Shown: positions 24,178 to 37,507 of the stretch, in pieces
Layout of the letters: each line of letters starts with the position of its first letter
Position numbering within the stretch: position 1 is the first letter of the stretch
Source: Harriotta raleighana
Lineage: Eukaryota
DNA length: 64,000 nucleotides
Assembly: GCA_050575255.1 (NCBI GenBank)
Contig: JBNZDD010013730.1
Span: 7,718,012-7,782,011 of the forward strand
Direction of reading: 5' to 3'
The notes under the pieces: model-generated
The model's input: the letters and a program-made list of their open reading frames with translations, nothing else
Database searches by the model: none
What the model was told of the DNA's origin: nothing
Translations under genes and position numbers: made by a program

Positions 24178-26354
24178 TCACTGGAATGGAATGACATTTG
24201 TACAACTTGTATTTACTCATTAAAATCCTATTCATAAATTTTCCAAATTACTCTCTCAGTCCCCCTTTTTGGGGGATTAATAATAGTTTTAAAAGAAAAT
24301 ATTGGTAACGGGATTACGAATATTATAACTTTGAGTACAATAGGTGATTGAAGACTTTTTTTTTACTGTTTGTGAGGTACCGAAAAAATGCAAACATTTT
24401 TGTTTGAAACAGCAAAGTGCAATTTTCAGGAAGGACAAATCTTTCAGATTATCTTGGATTTCTCAGCAATAAATTGGGTATTTTATCAAGCACAACTTCT
24501 ATTTTCTGTAAAATAGGTAGTCTTATCACCTCTCTGGGATTAGATAATAATGTGGTCATTTTAAGTTATAATGTAACTTCCAATGTAATGACAATGTGAT
24601 AAACACACCTAGAGTGACCCTGACACAAGCCTCTTTAGCTTTTCCACTATGAGGGTTTCAGGGACGGTAAACAAAGCTAAGTTTGAAATGCACAACACGT
24701 CAGACTTGATATTACTTTTACTGCTACAGCAAATAGCACTTGCCTTTATATATTCATCTTATTGATCTTTTAAATTATATGCGCAAGAAAGTAATTCCCA
24801 GTGTTCAGGTTGTCACAGTGATGAATCAATTTTTCCTTTCTACCTAATTTCACACCTTAAAGGAATAGTTATGCCTCTAAAGTTTCATTTATTTGCACGA
24901 GGCTGCAATGAGTTGCACTTTAGTTTAATGTTAACTAAAAGGCTGCAGTGGCAGGGTTTTGAATAAGGAGAATCCATTGAACAGAAATAATAAGGAAAAG
25001 GGGGAGTTTTTAGATTTACATGGCCCCAAGTTGATCACTGCAAATGAAGGGCAAAAGATAAAATCCTGTCTCTTGCTCCAAGCAAGAAGACAAAAAAGCT
25101 GCCTATGTTGATTGAAAGGATGACTTTCATATCATGGAAATCAATTAAAAAAGAGCTAGAACCCTAGGAAGTTATCGTGCCTCAAATTTCACTCTCATAA
25201 TGGTTTCAAAACGCATAGTGATACTAACTTACCAGCTGACATGCTCACATCATAATTTGACACAGTACAGTAGATCAAATAGCTCAATTTCAATGAAATC
25301 CCAAGTAAATGAAAGGGTTTCCAGTGATTTTGTCAAGCAAATTCAAGTTGTTTTTGTTTTGCTGTGGGGTTGTTTTGTATCAGAGTTAAGACCATTTGTA
25401 CAGAGATGGTCTAGCCAATATTACAAAACAGAGAGGACACTGAATGAGCTTTAGTACCATTAGTGACAAACAGCTGGCTGCAAAGTGTCTTTATTCTAAA
25501 GCCATTTCACTATTTGCATTAAAATTCTTCAAATACAGTGTATGAAGATGTTTGCCAAAAATAATGTTTTGGGTTTCAGACAGCTGTGACCAGTTGCAAA
25601 GACATTGTTTAGGGTTAATGACTGTTTGCCTTTGTCAGCAACATGTGGTATTTTTAATGTCTTTCCAAAGCCTTAAACTCATTTCAATATCTGTGTGGAT
25701 GCAACTGGAAACACAAGACAATCAATAGAACCCAATTTTTTCTGAAAAGGAGAAAATTGGAAATGAAAGAAAACAAACATTTTAAGACGGTATAAATAGA
25801 AAACAATGTTTAGTGTTCTCAAGGTCTTTAGATAGTAGCAAACAAAAGTGTTTAAGGTTGACTTGTAGTACAGTCATGGTAATCACGCAATTTTTGTCAC
25901 TGTAACCTATTGGTTTCCCGAATCTCACAATGAATTACTTGTTTTTACAGATGTATGTGTATTTGTACTTCTGGCAGTGACAACCTATCAATCTTCGAAC
26001 CCCTCAGCGGACAGTCAATTTTAGTATTCACAAAATTATTTTTGGCACAATACATAATTTATTCTATAAAACACAAGTCCGTCTATCTCTTTCGGGAAAA
26101 TGATGTCCCACATTTTCTATACATGTTTGCCATTCACAAATTTAAAGTGATGCTTCCTTTCAGATGTCCTGTTCTACATTGTAGGAAAACAGGAATTTCT
26201 CAGAAAATCAATCTGAATAAACCCAATAAACTTGGTAGTGATGGCATTTAGGCTATTAGACACTGTGAGTAATATGGTGAATGTTATCTCTCAAAAGCCA
26301 AAATGCCATCCCCACCAAGAATGTTGTGTTTATTCAGGTTAATTCTATCTTTCT

Positions 26355-26848
26355 GCCTCTACTCTCGACTCCAGGACCACTCCTGTCCTGATACCAAGTC
26401 TTGGATGGGAGCTAACTTTCTATAGTTGAATGTCAACAAGACCGAGACCCTCCTGACTCCATTGGCTCCCCATCACGCAGAGGATTCAATTCAAGATCAT
26501 GATCCTCACCTTCAAAGCAATCCATGGCCTCGCCCCATGCTAACTTTGTGAACTTCTAACCCCCTACAACCTGCCCCCTCCTTTCATTCAGCAGGCTCCG
26601 ACCTACTCTATATCCTCCGACCCACCCACCTCAGCATTGGCAGGTAAGCTTTCAGCCACTCTGTCCCCAACCTCTGGAATTCCATCCTGTAGTCCCTGCA
26701 CCTTGCCCCTCCCTAGTCTCCTTCAAGTCCAGCCTCAAGACTCTCCTCTTTGACGGTTCCATCTTTTCGTTTCTGAAACATTAACTGTTCAGTGCCTTGG
26801 GATGTCCTCTTGACATGAAAGACGCTATACAAGTGTAATTTTGTTGTT
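26355..26848 (+). mobile_element. L2 3' fragment with internal deletions
   Basis: WMGANFL*LNVNKTETL, then HWLP..QRIQFKI and APC motifs, ending in the L2 tail gtgtaattttgttgtt. Confidence 0.88.
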
Positions 26849-27461
26849 AATTTAAGAGTTGCAGAACCAAATTTAGAACAAAAAGGATCATTTTAAGATT
26901 CATTGAGAAAAGGTCTGCTTTGATTACTGACACATGCTGAATGATATCTTGATGTTTCCAAATCTGTCAAAACACAGGTTTTTAGTCATTTTTTGATATG
27001 TCCATTATAGATTGAGGATCCTCTTCCAAATTGTTGATGTGAAGATCATGCTCTTATCTATGTATCTATTGATCTATTGTTCAGATGCTAATCTTTTAGT
27101 GATTTATTTATCAAAGTGAAAAAAAACATTTTTCTTGAGATATAAGAATTGTGCAGTAGTCAATGCCTATCCAAACATAGAACTTCACAAGATTTGTTCT
27201 CTGAAACAATTGGGTGGGGTGCTTCAGGTTTAAATATTGGCATCTGATAAGATATCTGCGTACTGAAAATGTGTCTCAGCAATATCAGCGGCAAACATAA
27301 AAGTGAATGTCTCATAGATCTGTGATGATTTGAATCCAATGGAATCACTTGAATCCTTAATTCAACAAGAGGGATTAATATAATAATAGTAGCTATGTAG
27401 TTTACCATTACATGCCAATGTAATTGAACATTGCTCAGAGCTTGTCCATCTGGACAAGTGC

Positions 27462-27761
27462 GTGACGTCCTGTAGCTCAGTGGTTTGAGCGCTTGCCTCG
27501 AAAACAAGTGACCTCAGTTCGATTCCCGACAGGCAAGACACCTTACTCCACAAGGCTGGTAATAATCTCTCAAGAAAAAGAAAACAATAATAAATTGGAC
27601 AAATCAATCCACGACTTTTTGGTACACAGCTGGGCATAATTGCCTGCTGCATTTCACCCACAAATAGAGTCAATTAACTTTACAGTGTATTCTATGAAGT
27701 GCTTTGAGACGTCTAGAAGACGTGAAAAGCATTACATCAAATGCAAGGATTATTATTATTT
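27462..27761 (+). mobile_element. Full-length tRNA-derived SINE
   Basis: gtagctcagtggtttgagc (A box), agttcgattccc (B box), body and (tta)n tail. Confidence 0.92.
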
Positions 27762-28624
27762 TCTGGGTCTTTCCTCCCAATTCATGTTTTGGTTCACCAA
27801 TTTGATGATGTGCCCACACTTCTAAGTCTCATTGATGAGCAAATTAGGCTGGATCACCCTCATCAATTTTTGATATCCTAAATGTATCATAGCTATACAT
27901 TCATAGAGATGACAATACAAAATGGCGAAGTTTCTATTCTTAGGACAAATTGATCGGAACTGGCAAAGGTTTTGATTTGGCTGAATTTCACTGAATCAAA
28001 TTCGGGTGTATTTAGCTCCCTTGCCTGGATCAGTGCCTATTGGTTACCTTTGATACAGTTTCCTCAATAGATACAATATTTGTAAACCTAAGAAGTTGAA
28101 ATGTCTCCCTATTTATCTCATTCTAGGCAAATAGCGAGTAATAGGAAAACAGTAGCTATGCAGTTTATCATTACATTACAATGCACTGGAATATTTGGGT
28201 AATGTTCGCTTTCTGTGGAATCTGAATACCATTACCCAAGTATATCTCAGTATTTTGTACCATGCAAGCTCATTGCCATTTTTAGGGCCAAATCTAATCA
28301 TTTAATTTGTTTATGATGCTTTCCGATTGGGAAATAATAACCGTTGTTTACCTCAGACAGGTTTTTTGCTGGAATCTTTATTTTATTTTTCTTTAAAAGA
28401 ATTCCCTATCCCTTTTTTTTAGAAATTGATAGATCAGGTGAATTCTGCAGTAAAACATACACTTTTACAATTGTAAAGACAAAGAGCTTGACAAATATCA
28501 GAGTTTTGGCCACATTCCGTGACCACATCACTCCCACCCTCACCCGCTNAGGTGAATTCTGCAGTAAAACATACACTTTTACAATTGTAAAGACAAAGAA
28601 CTTGACAAATATCAGAGTTTTGGC

Positions 28625-29041
28625 CACATTCCGTGACCACATCACTCCCACCCTCACCCGCCTCCACTGGCTCCCCATCCCGCAGAGGATCAACTTCAAG
28701 ATCCTCGTCCTCACCTTCAAGGCCATTCGTGGCCTTGCCCCCGCCTATCTCTCTGACCTGCTGTCTCCCTGTCAGCCTGCCCACACCCTTCATTCAGCAG
28801 ACTCAGGCTTGCTCCGCGTCCACCACCCTAACCACCCAACCATCGGTGGCCGGGCTTTCAGCCTCTCTGCCCCCACACTCTGGAACTCCATCCCACAGTC
28901 CCTCCCTCCCTTCCACTCTCCTTCCCCCTCCCCCTACCCCCAATCCCCCCCAGAGTCCCGACCTGACTGTTCAGCACTTTGGGACGTCCTCCCGACGTGA
29001 AAGGCGCTAATCAAGTGTAATTTTGTTGTTGTTGTTGTTGT
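28625..29041 (+). mobile_element. Young 5'-truncated L2
   Basis: DHITPTLTRLHWLPIPQRINFKILVLTFKAIRGLAPAYLSDLL...GGRAFSLSAPTLWNSIP, the classic L2 ORF2 C-terminus, plus a (ttg)n tail. Confidence 0.95.
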
Positions 29042-30265
29042 AACCTTTATGCAATGACTATGTGTTAAGTTATTTCCTCTTATAATACTCTTATACAGTA
29101 TTAAATCAGAAATTAAAAACCATATACATTTATCCATGTACGTTTATCCAGCGTGGAGGGCGCTATATAAATTGAAGTTGTTGAGGGTGTTGTTTAGTTG
29201 CACTGAATCTTTAATTTCAAAAAAGTTACTATTACAAGTGCCACCATTAGTTGGATTGTCCTCTACAACGCTTCACCAAAAAGAGACAATGAGGTTTCCA
29301 ATAAACTGAACGTTGGACCTAGAGACAACCAATTGAATTAATCATCACTTCAACAATATTAATGACCATCACAAGCTGTGCACTAATACTGATAGTGTAC
29401 ATAGAAAAACATCATTTTGTCAGAACTTGCATTTTTCTCTGTTAAGTCCTGTTCTGCTCCATTGTAATCACTAAACCCTCTTGGCACAGTGCTAAATCTT
29501 GGCTGCTAGCATTATTGTTCACTTGTTTGTTTTATGACTGATTAGAAATTTTTTTGCAGAGCTCCATCTGTTCCAACTAGTCTTCATTCACAAACTGCCA
29601 GACAGGCGGATAAGAAATACACAAGAGAAGCCCTTCCAGAGCCCAAAACACCCTGAGAAACTATGCCACGGTATCTCGAGTGGCCCTCATTTAAACCATT
29701 ATAGGCTAGATTCTTATGTTGAGCTGGGAGAAGAGAAACAGAAATTCAGAAATACAATTAATTCTCTCCAAAATCAAGGTTTGCCGCCAACTCATACTAA
29801 TGGGATGAAAACCCATTGTCCCTAGTAGGGAATAGTCTCGGGTGGATNGAAACAGAAATTCAGAAATACAATTAATTCTCTCCAAAATCAAGGTTTGCAG
29901 CCAACTCATACTAATGGGATGAAAACCCATTGTCCCTAGTAGGGAATAGACTCGGGTGGATTTTTTTTCTCCTGCACTGGTCTCCAAGCCTTGACTCTTG
30001 CCAACCTGTGCTTAATACTTTCTGGAATTAGGTGAGCAGGATGTGTCCCTCCAGGGAGAGCGTGTGCATTCCATTCCAACAATCTATCTCGGGAATTTCC
30101 TTGTGTAGTTGGGATGCACGGATTCTCAATATGGTTTGGATTCTCTAAGGCAGGATGGTGGGTTACTCCTGGTACTTGTAAGCATCATGATGCCCGATTG
30201 GAGGCTCAGTGGATTGGATGTGACGAGGATTTGGTTACTAGAATCAGCCTTTGTTTTCAATACAG

Positions 30266-30332
30266 AATTATTATTATCAAATACTGTTCTGAATTATTGC
30301 AATGATGGCCTCAGTGTCGTCATTATCAGAAG
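30266..30332 (+). other. Candidate exon (67 nt)
   Basis: Acceptor cctttgttttcaatacag| and consensus donor AAG|gtgagt, in unique sequence. Confidence 0.4.
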
Positions 30333-31768
30333 GTGAGTGTGATTTATGGAATAATAAAATCAAAGATACATTTTATTACACCACAATTATTTTTTTAAAT
30401 GAATTGTTTATTTTCCTGCATCCATTTGGGATTGTACATTTAATGATAGGAATGATGGATTGAGTAGCTGCATGACTTAGCTCCGCGCAGAATAAAAGTG
30501 CTGTTTACCATTCTTATTCAGGAAGAGGAATGAGTAATTGTGTACATGCAAACTATCAGCAACAATTAGGAAGTACTTATTTTCTGATTACTATAGTTGC
30601 CAGAGAAAAGATAGGTTTCCATTTCAAACTTAACAAAATGATTAAACCTTATTACAACTCATTCATTTCAATGCATTAGTAATTATAATTGGTTCCTCAA
30701 CTGAACTGAAGTTTGGAAGTGACACACTTAATGCTTAAATTGCTCTTTGCGTTTTCTTCTTCCATAGCTCTAGCCTTATCACCTCACTCATTACCATTTA
30801 TCTTCATTCTTGCTTTCTCTAAGGCACTCCTCTGCTTTAGTTCTTTGAATTACTTTTAATTGATATATTTTGTTTTGGACAGACCAAAACAATCAAAATG
30901 GTTTGGTGCCCCTTTCCACTTTCTATCAACAGAATATTGAGTTTTGCTGTACATACTCTATACTTTTCCTTAAAAATTCATTTCTGTGAAATATAAGATA
31001 TTCAGTTCCAATAGGTTGTTTTGTTTGATTCAAGATACTCAACTTTTTTCTAATAAAGATGTCCTAGGTACATTCTGAAGGTCACCATGTACCATTATCA
31101 TTGTTATTGTGTGTTAATTAGCTTTCAGCATATTAATCCTAAATCTAAAATGATAGATTTTTTGCCTGCTAGAGCTCAGCTTTATAACAACAGTAGTTTT
31201 TGCTATAATAAAAACCAAGGCACATGCTGGCTCCGACCTAATTGCCCTTTTGCTTTTCTTGAATGTATTGTAAGAAATATTATGCCCCCAGACGGGTGAA
31301 GTTTGGAAACAACAGGAAAGAGGAAGAGATGCATTTAAATGCTCGTCATACTGACCACCAAGATACATTGTTTGTCACATTCAAGTAATGCAGACAGAAT
31401 AACATGATGGTATAATTTAGAACAAGATCCACAATGGTAAGTGACAAGCTTTAACTGCTCATGCCATACCAAACCATTGATTTTTCCCTTTGCAAATTAA
31501 TTACTTGGAGATAGGAATACAGAAGTGTCAGCAGAGGAAGCTATGGTAGACATCGGCAATTAATCAAAAAGTGTTTGCTCCGAGCAGTTATTTCAGTTTG
31601 GTTAATGCCTGCAAAAATGTTCAAATCTCTGGAAGCTTCACAAGCTTTTCTTATGTGTGATAGTGAAAAAAACAAAGAGCTGTATTTTTGTGGGTTTAAT
31701 AATTTTATTTGGACATTCAGCCGGTCAGACACTAACTTGTATTTTTCATCAGTTTCATCATTTTACAG

Positions 31769-31915
31769 ACACGTACAAAAATCTTCCCAGCATCCACCTG
31801 TTGTTAGATTGAGCCTTCAAAAGGGTAATCTCTTAAATAATACAGATATCAATCCTGTAAAGAAGCTTCTAATCCACTCATTTGCATTACTGAGTGAAAG
31901 TTCACAGTTATATAG
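31769..31915 (+). other. Candidate exon (147 nt)
   Basis: Branch point cactaac, pyrimidine tract, ttttacag| and donor TAG|gtgagt. Length is divisible by 3 and one frame is open. Confidence 0.5.
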
Positions 31916-34039
31916 GTGAGTCCCTGGAAAAGCTCAGCAAAAAGGAATATAATTATAATGAAACTAGAGATAATCTTGTGAAGTTCATTGTCATCTTTTA
32001 GACAGGCTCGATAATGAGCGCAAGACATTAATAAACGTCCAATGTTCTACCAGGAGAGAAATACTGTGTAATAGCGTTTCTAGCTGTGGAATGTTGTTGT
32101 ACAGGAAGCTGAATTTACATTTCTCCCTTATAATTATTACAGTCTGGGGGCTCAAGGGAATTCTTGAGAAATTGCAAAGCGACTATTGTGAACTCTGTTA
32201 TGTTATAGTGTGATGTGCACACAGTCTTATACGACAAGTAATATAAGAATGCGTGTCTCGAAATTGCATCTTCTCTCAGCATACAAGACAATTTTATGAA
32301 CATTTATGAAAGATTAAGAATGTTAACAGTTAACATTGTGTAAAATTTATAAATTCATCCTTGGAATTTTTTTTAGGATGTATAGAAAACCAGATTCCAA
32401 ATTATGCCTTTATGAGTTCAAAAATTGTCTAGAATTCTACACTGCCTTAAATTTTAAGATTATGTTTGTGTCCCAATACACAGTATTGGTTAATTGACTT
32501 GTGATACATTAACAATCCAGAGTTCAATTGGATAAATAATAATAGATAAAATATTATTTTACACCTTACACCGAATTAAAGAATCCATCAAATTCTCAGG
32601 TTACAAAGCCTGCTCCCATTGAGCCCCATTAAAATACCCCACCTCATCACTTGATGACTTGACATCCCATCACTTGCATCCTCCTGATGTGAAAGGCGCT
32701 ATACAAATATAATTTAGTTGTTGTTGATGGCTGCCTTCTACTGTGCCAGCCGATATCTTCCATTCTTGTTCTCTTGTCTTGTTGCTTTGTGTGAGCTTGG
32801 CACATTAATGCCAATTACTATCAAATTCAAAGCATTTTTGTGCTCTAGATGTGTGGCTGTGGGGAAAGGGATTATTGTATGCTCATGTTTTGATTTGTGA
32901 CAAACAACCATGCTGTGAGTCTGTAGATTATTTTCCCAGATTGCTGCACAAATTGCCATTCCCTAATAAAACTGGATTATTGGCTGAAATAGTGGCAGCC
33001 ACAATGTCCAAATGAGAAAATCGCTTTTAAGAAATTCCCCATCAGGTCTCAGTCATGTAAATACGTGGCACAGTCACTGTTATACCTTTTACCAAAATAC
33101 TTCTAGACTTTCTAGTTCCAGATAGAATAAGGAAAAACTGTATTTTTATCAGCGGTGATTTGTCATAACATAAATATATTGATCATAATTTTACTAATGC
33201 TAAGTCTGCACTGTACTATTGCATACATTCAAATCACATTACTGATATAATGAAACATATGTCTTATTCTTTTTCTAACCACTGATAATGCACGACTGAT
33301 TTTCTACTAAACTGAAATAGTGTATTTGTATATGATATTTTAATGGATGCGAAGAGCTTTAATATTTCAATTTTATTTGTATTCATGAAAAACTACTTAC
33401 TGATGTTTATGACAGTAGAAAGCTGGATGGTAAACCACACTAAATCAATCTATTTTGCTTGTTTTATGATGTAATGCAACTCAAAGGCGCTTTAAAATTA
33501 CTGTATTACATTACCGTGTACTTACTGCATGTGAAATGCATATCCTGTTAAAAGTTAGCTAAGAAACGAGCAAAGACTGAAGGGCTGGGAAGATTTAGAG
33601 GTCAAAGGCCTTACCAAAATATCTCACAATAGCATTGGAAATATTATACAGTACACTATATAAATATAACTGCTGTGGTATTGGATTCTACTATTACTAA
33701 GGTAGTTTGCTTAGTTTTAAAGCAGAAGACTCATGACTTGATGTCACAGCATAACATGCCAGGGTTCAATTCCACTTAATTGAAAACTGCACTTGGGGTT
33801 CCTCTATGTCTCATTGATGTCTCCTGGGCCATTTGGGGAGGGAAAAGCTGCTTTCCTTGAACTGTTCAATCATGCCTGCTAAACACACAGTATTAGAAAC
33901 TGAACTTTTTGAGACAATTTTTAAGCACAGGAGCGGGAATGACAGCGTGCGTGAAAATGTTCATGAAAGGACATGACAGATGTAAGAAGAGATAACTGAA
34001 TTATTGAAGCCTTTGCAAAGAAGAATGGTCATGTAAAAA

Positions 34040-34330
34040 AGAAATAACTTGGCATTTTTATTGTACCTACAACATTGAAACATTTCAAAGCACTTTGAGG
34101 TGATTGCTGGGGTGTGTAGTAACTGTTGTTCATATCAAATGTACTAACCATTTTGCATGCACTAAAGTCACAAACAATCATGACATGAATGACCAATTTC
34201 GTCTGAAGGTCTTATGGTCAGGGAGAAACTCCCTTTTTCAGTAGCTCCAATGGAATGGTTAACAACTGCTGCCTCCAACAGTGCAGCGCTCCCTCCAAAG
34301 CTGGACGCTACTATCAATGTGCCTTGTATT
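34040..34330 (-). mobile_element. Old Deu-domain SINE
   Basis: Tail (aataacttggcattttatt..caaagcacttt), ggtcagggagaaactcc Deu remnant and ctccaacagtgcagcgctccctc. Confidence 0.6.
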
Positions 34331-37141
34331 TAGTAATAACATTACATAATGAAACTTGTTTTTAATTGGAATAGTAGTATTCAAAATGTGACTGATCATG
34401 TTCATAGTCACCCTGATTGAAATTGAATTTGGATTGCCGTACTTCATAATAGGGGACAAGGCTCAAACATTGTCTGATTATATAAACAATTACTAGACGA
34501 CTCGACAGCCATGGAACACAGAACAGAAAATGCAAATGTGTAGGGTCAACAATCTTGAGGGAATATTGGTTCCTTCTTCCAGTTGCTCACTTTTTTCAAA
34601 TCTGCTGTCAATAGCCATTTGTCCCTGCTTGTTCTTTGTAAGATGTGTCCAATTTAATGGTGAAGTAAAGACTGACAGAAATCTTGTACAATTAATCAAG
34701 TTTTATTCATTCAAATTCGTAATTGTTATCAGTAGTTAAAAGAATACAACAGAATAATGCTTACATATCCAGGTACAATATACAACGATTAAGGTTGGCT
34801 AAACCAAATGTTGCGGAAGAGATGGAGGAGGAATGTCCAATTTAATGTCAACTGTAAGGTATTCAGTACTGCTGCACAGCTGCCCGTTTGATCAGCAAAA
34901 AGATATCCTGGTACTAATGTACTGTTGCTTAGTTTGAGAGTGTTGATGAAGTTGTCTATGTCTTAGTCTTGATTTTCCTTCTTTAGAAGCTGGAATATGG
35001 TTCGCGACTCCAAGATTGGACTCCGTATCTCTTCTGATTCTCTTCCTGAATCGATCTCTCTTTACCCAGTAGGTAGATGACCTTTCACCTACTTCATCTT
35101 TTACAAGATGGTTTCTTTGTTTGTAGTTTTTACTGTAGAAGAAAATGAAGTGAACCCCTAGTCTCCTCAAGCTACTTTGCAAAGAGAGATACAGTATATG
35201 GACAACTTTTGGGGAGCCTTCCACAGCCTGCTTGTTTTTCTGCCTTGAGATAGCCATGTGTCTGAGGCTGTAGCCTTTTCTTTCTGTGGTCCATTGTTCA
35301 TACATTCCTCAAGGACCCAATTGCTCATTATCTCAGAGCAGTGAACATCTTCTCAGGAAAATATGGAATATAATCAGTAGCTGACCTCAATCTGTCCAGC
35401 AAAGCTACTTTTAACCCCTGCTAAACTAATCATTATTAAAGCATTATGGATATCTTACATTCTAAATGTATATACAGCTGAATAAAGTGTTTTTCACAAT
35501 TATACTTTCAGATAATATCTAATACATTAATTACAGAATCCTTACACCTTTGTACAGACATTTCCTGACTTCCTATCAATAATTTCCTCCCATGTTAATG
35601 ATTTCCTGCCAGATGTTAGTGATAAGATTTCCAGAAGCCAATCAAGATGAATTTGAAAGTAACAATGCACAAGAGATAGTCCATATGACATGTTCTCCAG
35701 GGAACTTTGCAAGAGTGCTGAGTCAAGTGTACTATAAATGGCATTAAATTATTTTCAAACCATACATTAATTTGCTTGAATATTATTGATAATTATTTAT
35801 TATCCAATCCTAAGAGAGAAGCAGTATAACTCTGGAGACTAACAACATTGACAAATCTTTTGATGACATAAAGCTCACCAACAAAATATCACAAACATGT
35901 AAACAGACATCTATTTTTCATAGTACTTGAGCAGATTTAATCCATTTAGAAAGAAAATATAATCAGGTTCAAGTGCTTTAGCTTTACAAGGAGCACTTTA
36001 TTCATGTATATTTTATTCAGTGCTTTAAGACATTATCCTATGCTTGGAATGTCTTCTGATGTGAAAGATGCTGTATAAATGTGAATGTATATTGTATTGT
36101 TAGGGTCTTACATAAATGTACGTTGCTGTGTACATGATACAGTTTTCAAACATTTTCCTTCAGGGTTTTCTGTGAAGTAATGATGCAAAAAAAAATCTGC
36201 CTGTTTTGTCAGTGTTGCAGTAACAAAGAAATAGCTGTTTGAAAGACTTTAAGCTTGTGCCTGCCTTGCACAGTATTGCGTGTGATGACAGCTTACAGTG
36301 TAAAGTTTTCAACAATGAGAATGCACACAGTATAGAACTTCACAATATGGAGTTGCACAATACTGCCAGAAGAAAATAGATACATAACTCATATTTATCT
36401 GCAATAGGATGCAGACATATGATCAAACAGCTCAGTAATTATACCAGAAAAAAACAATCACCTCCATACCACTATGGATTGAACTGTCTCTTGGACAGTA
36501 AGAGGAAATAGATGCTAGATTGCCAGAGATCAGACTGTTGTCCTTCAATTATACTTGTCAAGGAATTGGAGCAAACACAAGCTTAATGTTTACATGGTCA
36601 AAAATATATTTACTGTATGACAAAGAAATTTAAGTAATAATAATAGTAATTAAATTAAATCTCTACGAATCTCTGAGAATCTTGACTCAATAATCGTCAA
36701 TCAAGAACCTAGAAAGAAAGAAATAAGTGAGCTTTGGTTAATGTTTAAGAGATTCTAGGATTAGAGGAACATGAAAGTGACCCCAATATAGGGTGAGACA
36801 AGCATTATGGTTAACGGTGTGCCCTTAATCTATATTTTCGTAGGGCCTTCCAGAATTTTTATACTTATTGGCATTCAGTATATTTATGTGCAGTGAACTG
36901 AGATTTGTAAAGGGAAATTTAACAGAAAGCTACAATTTAGTTCACCTTGTGTCAATGCAATTCCATTTTCAGTTGTAGCTTTAGAAAATGGTAGTAAATG
37001 CCCTGCAGGTTTATTAACGTCTGAAATCGAAAGTCCTCAATNTATGTGATTCTTCAATGCAGTTTGGCTGAAAAATTTGTTACGTTTTAGATTATCAGCT
37101 TTTTACAGATTTTATAAATTCTGCATCTTCTACGTGCTCAC

Positions 37142-37507
37142 CTGTGGTAAAACAGGCAGTTAGCACAGTAGAGACTGACAGTTTATCCCATAACGTCATT
37201 CATGTGTAATGACGTTAATGGTTGCAGCATCATTACTATGAGGCTACCAAGAAGTAACCTAATTTATTTTAGGAAGATCGACAGTCGGTTTATAATTGCA
37301 GTACAGTAGTTTGATCGGATGGTGACAGATGACAAGAACATCTGATGCATCAATTCCCATTTCCTCTTTTGGACTTGGATCATCTTGTAACCTCCTGATC
37401 CCCAACTGGTGCTGAAGCAAGTTACACAGAAGCAATGCTCCAGTTCTCTTCACAGCGTTTCTCCTTTTGAATATTTCAGTGCCCTTTTTTGCTTGAATAA
37501 ATGATAT
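37142..37507 (-). other. Candidate minus-strand exon containing an 82-codon open frame plus stop
   Basis: Acceptor tattatttttatcttag| at 37507. The frame ISFIQAKK...VDLPKIN* is open to 37259. Donor CAG|gtgagc at 37142. No recognisable homology. Confidence 0.3.

Noticed and set aside
27462-27535. tRNA-like sequences with A and B boxes
   Set aside because: They are SINE heads, continuous with the SINE body and tail; no complete cloverleaf is evident.
28344-29000. 218-aa ORF with an internal repeat
   Set aside because: Chimera of an N-gap false duplication and an L2 ORF2 C-terminus.
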